In this document: piece by piece, positions 13,090-19,463 of the stretch
Position numbering within the stretch: position 1 is the first letter of the stretch
Layout: each line of letters starts with the position of its first letter
The notes under the pieces: generated by a model
Seen by the model: the letters and a program-made list of their open reading frames with translations, nothing else
Databases searched by the model: none
Told to the model about the DNA's origin: nothing
Translations under genes and position numbers: made by a program
Assembly: GCA_963723345.1 (NCBI GenBank)
Contig: CAVRPZ010000002.1
Location: forward strand, 1,176,522 to 1,200,521
Length of the DNA: 24,000 bases
Reading direction: 5' to 3'
Source of the DNA: an uncultured Actinomycetes bacterium
GTDB lineage: Bacteria > Actinomycetota > Thermoleophilia > Gaiellales > Gaiellaceae

Positions 13090-13967
13090 TCCGAGTGGAG
13101 AAGAGCGGTCACCCGCTCCGCCTCCCGGACCGGATCGTCGGTCAGCGCGAGCGCATCGAGGCCCGTCGTTCGGAGGCCTTCGGCTCCGGCGCCGCCCACT
13201 GCGAGCCGCCGCTGGCGCGCGATCTGTCGGAGGTCCGCGGCGAGCTCTCCAACCCGCTCCGGCGTCACGGAGCTCACGACGACGAGATCGACGTCGAGGG
13301 ACTCGGCGACGCCCCGGATGGTGTCGAGGGGGGTGTCCGCTCCGAGGTACTCGACCCGCCACCCGTGCGTGCGCAGTGCGAGACCGAAGGCGAGGAGGCC
13401 GAGCTCGTGCTGCTCTCCCGGGGCGCAGGCAAGGAGCGCGCGGGGACCCAGTCCCCGTCCCCAGCCCCGGGCGATTCCGAGCAGACGACCGCGAACGATG
13501 TTGGATGCGAAGTGCTCCTGCGCCACCGTGACCTCGCCACGCTCCCACCGGGCTCCGAGGTCGCGCAGGTACGGCATGACGATCTCGGAGAGGAACACGT
13601 CGAGTGTGACCTCTGCGAGGAGTCGGTCGAAGATCGCGTGTGCACGAGGCTCGTCGAACCCCTCGAGCGCGGCCGCGAGCTGGCCGACGGCGGCCATCGA
13701 CGACGCACGAGCGGTGGCGACCTGTGTGCTCTCGCCGGGGCCGCGTACCGCCGCAGCGGCAGCCTCGGCGGCGGCCAGCCCGTCTGCCAGGTGCTGCTGC
13801 ATGACGCGGACGCGCTCGAGATCGGCCAGCGAATAGAGGCGGAGGCCTCCGGGCGAGCGGATGGGCTCGAGCAAGCCGTAGCGGCGTTCCCAGGCGCGAA
13901 GCAGCTCGGGGCTGACTCCCGAGCGTCGGCTCAGCTCGCCGATCCGCAGCTGCGCTGGCTCTGACAT
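13086..13967 (-). CDS. litR: CarH/LitR-type MerR-family regulator with B12-binding domain (adenosylcobalamin-dependent light sensor)
   Basis: 293 aa. MerR wHTH (LRIGELSRRSGVSPELLRAWERRYGLLEPIRSPGGLRLY). Four-helix-bundle motif W-x9-EH (WERGEVTVAQEH, nt 13512-13547). Cobalamin-binding E-x-H-x-x-G (GEQHELG, His codon 13407-13409), then VVSSV and VGGAG. The 14339 start in the track is a junk extension through the intergenic region. Confidence 0.9.
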   Translation of the reverse strand: MSEPAQLRIGELSRRSGVSPELLRAWERRYGLLEPIRSPGGLRLYSLADLERVRVMQQHLADGLAAAEAAAAAVRGPGESTQVATARASSMAAVGQLAAALEGFDEPRAHAIFDRLLAEVTLDVFLSEIVMPYLRDLGARWERGEVTVAQEHFASNIVRGRLLGIARGWGRGLGPRALLACAPGEQHELGLLAFGLALRTHGWRVEYLGADTPLDTIRGVAESLDVDLVVVSSVTPERVGELAADLRQIARQRRLAVGGAGAEGLRTTGLDALALTDDPVREAERVTALLHSE

Positions 13968-13971
13968 GCCC

Positions 13972-14004
13972 CAAATATACAGAATCTGTACGAAACCTTG
14001 ACAA
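13972..14004 (+). promoter_or_regulatory. Candidate CarH/LitR operator: three tandem 11-bp direct repeats matching nAnnTnnACAn
   Basis: DR1 13972-13982 cAaaTatACAg; DR2 13983-13993 aAtcTgtACGa; DR3 13994-14004 aAccTtgACAa. DR3 covers the TTGACA -35 of the plus-strand promoter. The array also spans a minus-strand TATATT (13974-13979) 6 nt upstream of the litR ATG and contains the palindrome TACAGAATCTGTA (13978-13990). Confidence 0.5.
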
Positions 14005-14027
14005 GAACATCCGGCCGGTGGTACTGT
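13998..14027 (+). promoter_or_regulatory. Sigma-70-like promoter for the DUF378/fasciclin genes
   Basis: TTGACA (13998-14003), 18-nt spacer, TACTGT (14022-14027) preceded by TGG. It lies about 40 nt upstream of ATG 14067, which has a GGAGGTG RBS. Confidence 0.45.
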
Positions 14028-14066
14028 GCCGCATCTGAACAAATCATTGACAGGAGGTGAACAGCA

Positions 14067-14315
14067 ATGAAGAAGATTGACCTGCTCGCTGCAGTGCTCG
14101 TCCTGGTCGGCGCCCTCAACTGGGGTCTCGTGGCGATCGCCGAGTTCGATCTCGTCGCGACGGTCTTCGGCATGGAGTTCGGCGAGACCAACGCCGCGAG
14201 CCGGATCGTCTACGGGCTCGTCGGCCTGGCCGGCGTCTACGGCGTCGTCTCGCTGGCGACTCGACGTTCGGCCGCCGCGACCCTCCCCGCAAGGACCTCG
14301 TCGGCCTCGCACTGA
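14067..14315 (+). CDS. DUF378 domain-containing membrane protein
   Basis: MKKIDLLAAVLVLVGALNWGLVAIAEFDLVATVFG...SRIVYGLVGLAGVY is the characteristic DUF378 two-helix signature. Confidence 0.9.
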   Translation: MKKIDLLAAVLVLVGALNWGLVAIAEFDLVATVFGMEFGETNAASRIVYGLVGLAGVYGVVSLATRRSAAATLPARTSSASH

Positions 14316-14356
14316 CGGAACACACCACCGCACACACACGAGAAAGGACTATCGAC

Positions 14357-14854
14357 ATGAGAAATGCACGCTTCATCCTCGCGCTGCTCGCCGTCGCGGC
14401 GGTTGCCGCTGCTGCGATGGGAGCGTCTGCTTCCGCGAACACCAGCAAGGAAGGGGACGTCGTCTCGACGGCCGCCGGCGCGGGCAACTTCACGACGCTC
14501 ACCTCGCTCCTGAAGAAGGCGGGCCTCGTCGGCGCGCTCCAGGCCAAGGGGCCGTTCACCGTCCTCGCCCCGACCGACGCGGCCTTCGCGAAGGTGCCCA
14601 AGTCGACTCTCGCAGCGCTCGGCGCCGATCGGGCGAAGCTCAGGTCGGTGCTCAAGTACCACGTGATCGCCGGCAAGGTTCCTGCGGCGAAAGTGGTCAA
14701 GCTGCGCTCGGCAAAGACGCTCAACGGGCAGGCTGTCCGGATCCGCGTCGTCGAAGGCAAGGTCTTCGTCGGTGGCGCACGGGTGGTGAAGACGGACATC
14801 GCTGCATCGAACGGCGTCATTCATGCCATCAACCAGGTGCTGATCCCTCGCTAG
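14357..14854 (+). CDS. Secreted fasciclin (FAS1) domain protein
   Basis: Signal peptide (MRNARFILALLAVAAVAAAAMGASASA) followed by a FAS1 domain (FTTLTSLLKKAGL...GPFTVLAPTDAAF...LKYHVIAGKV...ASNGVIHAINQVLIP). Confidence 0.9.
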   Translation: MRNARFILALLAVAAVAAAAMGASASANTSKEGDVVSTAAGAGNFTTLTSLLKKAGLVGALQAKGPFTVLAPTDAAFAKVPKSTLAALGADRAKLRSVLKYHVIAGKVPAAKVVKLRSAKTLNGQAVRIRVVEGKVFVGGARVVKTDIAASNGVIHAINQVLIPR

Positions 14855-14865
14855 GCGAGGGGTGC

Positions 14866-14901
14866 GCCGACCGCCCGGCGCTGACGCGCCGGGCGGTCGG
14901 C
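14866..14901 (+). terminator. Intrinsic-terminator-like hairpin after the fasciclin gene
   Basis: Perfect 16-bp stem gccgaccgcccggcgc / gcgccgggcggtcggc with loop tgac, beginning 12 nt after the stop codon. Confidence 0.7.
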
Positions 14902-15137
14902 TCGCGACGGCTCTGCATGAACGAGTTCTTGCGGGATGTCTCCTGGACACCTCCACGTTCTTTCTCGCGCTCGCGTGGGACTCCGTCCAGGATGGAGCGG
15001 TGCGAGCTCCACGCGATCGACGACGGAGAGCGACTGCTCGTATTCGATCCGCTGGCCCTGCCGAGCGAGCTCGAGGGGTCTAGGGCCAGCGCGCTGCTCG
15101 CGGGGGCCAAGAGGGCCACGCGCTTACGTCGAGATGT

Positions 15138-15350
15138 TCAGCGAAGCGCGCGCAGATGCCGAACGTGGCCGACATGTTTCGCAAGGCGCAGACGCTCGAC
15201 GCTCAGCGTCCTGAGCTCTCGCATGTCGGCCTTGTTCAGCGCCGGCCAATCACGGAAGAGACGCGTCATGCGCTCGTCGCGGCATTGCCTTGCCTGCCGA
15301 ATCTGCTCGTGGTCGAGCTCGGACAGGTTCTTGGGAAGGCCTTCGATCAT
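15138..15350 (-). CDS. Hypothetical protein (70 aa)
   Basis: MIEGLPKNLSELDHEQIRQARQCRDERMTRLFRDWPALNKADMRELRTLSVERLRLAKHVGHVRHLRALR. Strong GGGAGGAGG RBS 6 nt upstream of ATG 15350. Helical, charged, protein-like composition; no family recognised. Confidence 0.55.
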   Translation of the reverse strand: MIEGLPKNLSELDHEQIRQARQCRDERMTRLFRDWPALNKADMRELRTLSVERLRLAKHVGHVRHLRALR

Positions 15351-15372
15351 TGTTCGACCTCCTCCCGGGCGA

Positions 15373-15564
15373 CTACGACGCGCCGAAACCGCGTGGCACA
15401 CCCCTCGGGCGCCTGTCGAGTCCCAACCACTTCCGGATCTTTGCGGCCAAGCTGCGTGTGACCTGCATGAGAACCTCACCTGTTCCGCCGCTCGGCGCAA
15501 TGGCCGGAACGGTCAGAGCGGAGGAGAGGCTCGGGATCTCATCGTAGCCGCCCTGGCCCGGCAT
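15373..15564 (-). CDS. Possible hypothetical protein (63 aa from ATG 15564; 80 aa if GTG 15615)
   Basis: ORF directly upstream of, and co-directional with, the 15350 gene. GGAGA sits 3-4 nt upstream of ATG 15564. Composition is only moderately protein-like; no homology recognised. Confidence 0.3.
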   Translation of the reverse strand: MPGQGGYDEIPSLSSALTVPAIAPSGGTGEVLMQVTRSLAAKIRKWLGLDRRPRGVPRGFGAS

Positions 15565-15664
15565 CGTCTCCGTGACGCGTGAGCTGCCCTGCGCCAGGCA
15601 CAGCACCTCCTCCACGCCCTGATAGCGTCGGTGGTCGTCGGCGAACGAACGCGGAGGCTCCCCG

Positions 15665-15940
15665 GTGAACCCCGACCCGGACTTGACACAGCTCTATACA
15701 GCTGCTCGACGGGCAAGCGAAGAGTTGGTCAAGCGCCTGGAGGTCTACGAGGAGCTCGTGCCGGCGCGAGCGAACGAGGCGGCTGTGGCCGACGAGGTCG
15801 TGGAGTTCACGCGGTTCGCGGAACGACAGTTCAGGGGCTGGTACGAGCGCTGCCGCGATCTCCGCGAGATGCTCGAGGATCCCGCACTACGCGCACCTCC
15901 CGGTTCGCGCGCGCCTGACGCCGACCCTCGGGGCGAGTAG
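15665..15940 (+). CDS. Hypothetical protein (91 aa)
   Basis: GTG 15665 with GGAGG (15653-15657) 7 nt upstream. Helical, acidic sequence (LYTAARRASEELVKRLEVYEELV...FTRFAERQFRGWYERCRDLREMLEDP). No family recognised. Confidence 0.55.
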   Translation: MNPDPDLTQLYTAARRASEELVKRLEVYEELVPARANEAAVADEVVEFTRFAERQFRGWYERCRDLREMLEDPALRAPPGSRAPDADPRGE

Positions 15941-16142
15941 GGCTCTCCGGCGCAAACGGGCCGCGTTGCGCTCGTTTCGCGCGGAAGGCCACGCGCTCGT
16001 CGGCGGGCGCACGAGGACAGGCACCCCGACCAGGGCTCGACGACGTCCCTGATACCCTGGTTCGCACACAGCTCCCTCCTCCGCTGCTGCTCTCACTTCG
16101 AGTCGCGCCAGGTCTGAGCCTGACAGGGAGGAGAATTTCTTC

Positions 16143-16355
16143 GTGGCACGTTCTCTCACCGAAGCGCTCACCGAAACCGCACGAGCGCCGGTGGGGGTGC
16201 GTGATTGGGAGCGCGACCAGGAGGCATGGAACCTCCCGCGAGCCCGAGGAGGCTCGCTCGCTCGCGAGGCGGGCAAGGCAGGAGCCGAGCCAGGGGAGGG
16301 CGATCCTGGTGAGCGAGGGTCCGATCCCCCGGTAGCACCGGGCACGACGGAGTGA
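16143..16355 (+). CDS. Possible hypothetical protein (70 aa)
   Basis: GTG 16143 with GGGAGGAG (16125-16132) 10 nt upstream. The C-terminal half is low-complexity. The stop overlaps a downstream GTG (GTGA), which supports coupling. Confidence 0.35.
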   Translation: MARSLTEALTETARAPVGVRDWERDQEAWNLPRARGGSLAREAGKAGAEPGEGDPGERGSDPPVAPGTTE

Positions 16356-16456
16356 CCGGGATCGTCGTCTTCGCCGTGGGCTTCGCCGTGGGTCTCTGTG
16401 CCCTCGGAGCATGGACGTTCGCTCGTGTTCGGCGACGGGACTCGCGGCGCTGGTGA
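16352..16456 (+). CDS. Possible 34-aa single-TM micropeptide
   Basis: My own translation gives V/MTGIVVFAVGFAVGLCALGAWTFARVRRRDSRRW*. This is one clean TM helix followed by a positive cluster. GTG 16352 overlaps the upstream TGA (GTGA). Too short for the ORF track. Confidence 0.3.
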   Translation: MTGIVVFAVGFAVGLCALGAWTFARVRRRDSRRW

Positions 16457-16472
16457 CGGTGCGGGCGCCTCG

Positions 16473-16811
16473 ATGACGACCCAGGACGACCGTGCCGTGG
16501 ACGGCCAAATACGCCTCCTGCGCGGCCGGTTCGAGGCACAGTTCGACGACTTGGACGCCGCCAGGGCGGCGGCCCGCGACACGCGCGCGGTCGGGTTCGT
16601 CACCGACGTGCTGCAAGACATCCAGGGATGGCTCATCGTCGGCAGGCGCCAACTTCCCTTCCCGGCAGACGAGCGCGACCGCTACGCAAGTCGTCTGCAC
16701 GAGATCGCGAAACGACATGGCGGCGCCTACAAGCAGTTCGTTGCAGACCCGCCCGACACCCTGGCGACACCAGGGCAACGAGATCTGCGAGAGGAGACGG
16801 ATGAAGAGTAA
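16473..16811 (+). CDS. Hypothetical protein (112 aa)
   Basis: ATG 16473 (MTTQDDRAVDGQIRLLRGRFEAQFDDLDAARAAARDTRAVGFVTDVLQDIQGWLIVGRRQLPFPADERDRYASRLHEIAKRHGGAYKQF...). Protein-like composition; the 3' end overlaps the next ATG by 11 nt. No family recognised. Confidence 0.55.
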   Translation: MTTQDDRAVDGQIRLLRGRFEAQFDDLDAARAAARDTRAVGFVTDVLQDIQGWLIVGRRQLPFPADERDRYASRLHEIAKRHGGAYKQFVADPPDTLATPGQRDLREETDEE

Positions 16812-17040
16812 GCGACAGACGATGTCGAAGGTGGCGCGCGAGCGTGAGGTCAGAGTGCGTCGCGCGGCCAAGCTCGAGAAGAAGTATGCGGCGGCGGCCG
16901 AGCGCAAGGCCAAAGCGGAAGGTGCGACGTCTCCGACCAACGAGGAGGCCTATGGCGTTTCGTCCGTGACGAACACGGAGCCCGTCTCCGATTCAGCGAC
17001 TGGAGCGGCGGAGCCTCACGTGCCCCCGAGCCCGACGTAG
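16801..17040 (+). CDS. Hypothetical small basic protein (79 aa)
   Basis: ATG 16801 preceded by GAGAGGAGACGG. Lys/Arg-rich helical N-terminus (MKSKRQTMSKVAREREVRVRRAAKLEKKYAAAAERKAKAEG) and a disordered tail. The 3' end overlaps the convergent pobA by 25 nt. Confidence 0.45.
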   Translation: MKSKRQTMSKVAREREVRVRRAAKLEKKYAAAAERKAKAEGATSPTNEEAYGVSSVTNTEPVSDSATGAAEPHVPPSPT

Positions 17041-18194
17041 TTTTCCGCGAGCGACGCGGCAGCGGCATGTGACGTCGTCACGTAGCGCAGCTGCGACAGC
17101 TGGAGCTTCAGGTCGAATGCGTCCTCGTCCTCGGCGCGGTGGAGCATCCGGGTCATCCACCAGGAGAAGTGCTCCGCTCGCCAGACCCGGCGGAGGCACG
17201 CGGCCGAGTAGGCGTCGAGACCAGCCGTCTTCCCCGACCGGAACCACTCGACCAGCGCCTCCGCGAGCAGCCGCACGTCGTGCAGCGCGAGGTTGAGCCC
17301 CTTCGCGCCGGTGGGCGGAACGATGTGTGCGGCATCTCCTGCGAGGAACAGGCGCCCGTAGCGCATCGGCTCGCAGACGTAGCTGCGCATCCCGGTCACC
17401 CCCTTCTCGAGGATCGGCCCCTCTGCGAGCGCCCAGCCCTCGAGGCCGAGCCGCGCCTGCAGCTCCTCCCAGACGCGATCGTCGGGCCATTCGGCGAGGT
17501 TCTCGTCGGGTCGGCACTGGACGTAGAGACGGCTGAGCTCGGGAGAGCGGAGGCTGAGAAGCGCGAAGCCGCGCTCGTGGTGGGCGTAGACGAGCTCGTC
17601 GTTCGAAGGAGCGACAGCGGCGAGGATCCCGAGCCAGCCGAACGGGTACTCGCGCGAGAACTCGGACAGGACGCCGGCTGGAATGCTCGGTCGGCAGATC
17701 CCGTGGAACCCGTCGCAGCCGGCGATCGCGTCGCACTCGAGCTCCTCGTCGTGGCCTTCGTGCCGGTACCTGATCAGCGGGCGCTCGGTCTCGAGGTCGT
17801 GCACCGAGACGCCTGCCACGTCGAAGTGGAGCGGCAGACCCGTCTCGAGGCGAAGGCGGATGAGGTCCTTGACCACCTCCGTCTGGCCGTAGATCACGAT
17901 CGCCCGCCCGCCGGCGAGGTCGCTGAGCGGGATCCGGTGGCGCTCGCCCGCGAACTGCAGCTCGATGCCGCGGTGGACGAGGCCCTCGCGCTGGAGGCGC
18001 TCTCCCGCGCCCGCCTCGACGAGGAGGTCGACGATGCCCTGCTCGAGCACGCCCGCGCGGACGCGGGCCTCGACGTGGTCGCGGCTCCGGTCTTCGAGGA
18101 TCACCGTGTCGATGCCCTCGAGGTGCAAGAGCTGGCCGAGCGTGAGACCCGCCGGGCCGGCGCCGACGATGCCCACCTGCGTGCGCCGGCTCAC
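17016..18194 (-). CDS. pobA: 4-hydroxybenzoate 3-monooxygenase
   Basis: 392 aa from GTG 18194 (AAGAGGGTGG RBS). FAD motif QVGIVGAGPAGL, and the PobA-typical blocks LAGDAAHIVPPTGAKGLNLA and WWMTRMLH. Confidence 0.9.
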   Translation of the reverse strand: MSRRTQVGIVGAGPAGLTLGQLLHLEGIDTVILEDRSRDHVEARVRAGVLEQGIVDLLVEAGAGERLQREGLVHRGIELQFAGERHRIPLSDLAGGRAIVIYGQTEVVKDLIRLRLETGLPLHFDVAGVSVHDLETERPLIRYRHEGHDEELECDAIAGCDGFHGICRPSIPAGVLSEFSREYPFGWLGILAAVAPSNDELVYAHHERGFALLSLRSPELSRLYVQCRPDENLAEWPDDRVWEELQARLGLEGWALAEGPILEKGVTGMRSYVCEPMRYGRLFLAGDAAHIVPPTGAKGLNLALHDVRLLAEALVEWFRSGKTAGLDAYSAACLRRVWRAEHFSWWMTRMLHRAEDEDAFDLKLQLSQLRYVTTSHAAAASLAENYVGLGGT

Positions 18195-18324
18195 GGGCCA
18201 CCCTCTTTCGGCCCGTGAGCGGGGAGGGGTGCGGGGAACCGGGAGGTTCCCCACGCGCTCGAGAAGGGGGTACTTGGGGGAGGCATGGTCTCCTCCACGA
18301 CCGCGAGCCGGAGGCGAGCGATGC

Positions 18325-18696
18325 TCACCCCCGGTCGCTCTCCTCCTCCAGCACGCGTTGAGCGAGTGCGAATGCGCCGTTGGCCGCGGGAACGCCGCAG
18401 TAGACGGCGCACTGGAGGAGGACCTCCTTGATCTCGTCGGGGCCGAGCCCGTTGCGGAGCGCGGCGCGCACGTGCATGGCGAGCTCGTGCTCGCGGCCGG
18501 TCGCGACGAGCGCGGTGATCGCGATGCAGCTCCGCGTCCGGCGGTCGAGGCCCGGTCGCGACCAGATCTCGCCCCACGCGTAGCGGGTGACGAGATCCTG
18601 GAAGTCGGCCGTGAACTCCGTCGTGCTCTCGATCGCGCGGTCGACGTGCTCGTCTCCGAGGACCTCGCGCCTGGTCCGCATGCCCTGGTCGTTCAC
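18325..18696 (-). CDS. pcaC: 4-carboxymuconolactone decarboxylase
   Basis: CMD-family sequence (REVLGDEHVDRAI...YAWGEIWSRPGLDRRTRSCIAITALVATGR.HEL..HVRAALRNG....EIKEVLLQCAVYCGVPAAN). GTG 18696 overlaps the pcaD stop (GTGA). Confidence 0.9.
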   Translation of the reverse strand: MNDQGMRTRREVLGDEHVDRAIESTTEFTADFQDLVTRYAWGEIWSRPGLDRRTRSCIAITALVATGREHELAMHVRAALRNGLGPDEIKEVLLQCAVYCGVPAANGAFALAQRVLEEESDRG

Positions 18697-19463
18697 ACCG
18701 GCACCTCCTGTCCGAGATGTTCGAGCACGGCGCTCGTGAACTCCCCTGTGCGCTCGACGTTCGCCAGGTGGGCTGCGCCCTCGAGGACGTGAAGCCGCGC
18801 ACCCGGGACCCCCGAGGCGACGAGCTCGGCGTGCTCGATCGGCGTCGCCCGATCCTCGGCTCCGGCCACGACCAGCGTCGGGGCCGCGATCGCCGCGATC
18901 CGCTCTCGGGCATCCCACGCCGCGAGGGCCTCGCAGCACCTTGCGTAGCCTTCGGGCGGTGTCCTGGTGAGCATCGCGCGGAAGCGTGCGACGGTCTCCG
19001 GCTCGTCCTGCGCGAGCTGCGGCGTGAACCAGCGTCCGACGACAGCGTCCGCGATCGCCTCCAGCCCGTCGGCGCGGACGACCCTGGCACGTTCGTCCCA
19101 CGGCTCCGGCGCCCCGAGGTAGGCGGACGTGCAGGCGAGAACGAGCCGGTCGACGCGCTCGGGCGCCTCGAGCGCGAGCGTCATCGCGACCATCCCCCCG
19201 ATCGAGACGCCGCAGGCGGAAACCCGGTCGAGACCGAGCTCGTCGAGGAGCGCGATGAGAGCGCCTGCCAGCGCCTCGATCGTGCACGGCTGCTCGGGCA
19301 GCTCGGACGACCCGTGCCCGGGGTGGTCGTACGTGAGGACGCGGAAGCGCCGAGCCAGATCAGGGAGGTGCCGACCCCAGAGATCCTGCGTGGTGCCGAG
19401 AGAGTTGGAGAGCACGAGGACCGGCAGGTCTTCTGGACCGTGGAGGCGATGGTCGAGCGTCAC
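18693..19463 (-). CDS. pcaD: 3-oxoadipate enol-lactonase (alpha/beta hydrolase)
   Basis: 256 aa with the nucleophile elbow GVSIGG, HPGHGSS, and a C-terminal AAHLANVE. GTG 19463 overlaps the pcaB stop (GTGA). The remainder of the 670-aa track ORF is Arg/Gly/Pro junk in the pcaB antiframe. Confidence 0.9.
   Translation of the reverse strand: MTLDHRLHGPEDLPVLVLSNSLGTTQDLWGRHLPDLARRFRVLTYDHPGHGSSELPEQPCTIEALAGALIALLDELGLDRVSACGVSIGGMVAMTLALEAPERVDRLVLACTSAYLGAPEPWDERARVVRADGLEAIADAVVGRWFTPQLAQDEPETVARFRAMLTRTPPEGYARCCEALAAWDARERIAAIAAPTLVVAGAEDRATPIEHAELVASGVPGARLHVLEGAAHLANVERTGEFTSAVLEHLGQEVPV

Noticed and set aside
12586-14034. Large ORFs 12586-13836 (+), 12957-13964 (+) and the N-terminal ~315 aa of 12580-14034 (-)
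   Set aside because: They overlap the well-supported litR gene in other frames or on the other strand, and their composition is extreme (Arg, Ala, Ser, Pro). Only the last 169 codons of the 12580-14034 frame look protein-like and are bounded by GTGA couplings.
14918-15137. Possible PIN/VapC-like remnant (frame reading ..CLLDTSTFFLALAWDS.. at about 14930-14990, and ..ELHAIDDGERLLVFDPLALPSELEG.. in another frame)
   Set aside because: The resemblance rests on a single LLDTS-type motif plus hydrophobic residues. It would need at least one frameshift, and no start or RBS is evident. That is too weak to call; it could be tested with a frameshift-aware PIN-domain HMM search.
15156-15461. ORF 15156-15461 (+), 101 aa
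   Set aside because: It is antisense to the 70-aa minus-strand ORF, which has a near-perfect GGGAGGAGG RBS and better composition. The plus-strand ORF has no RBS.
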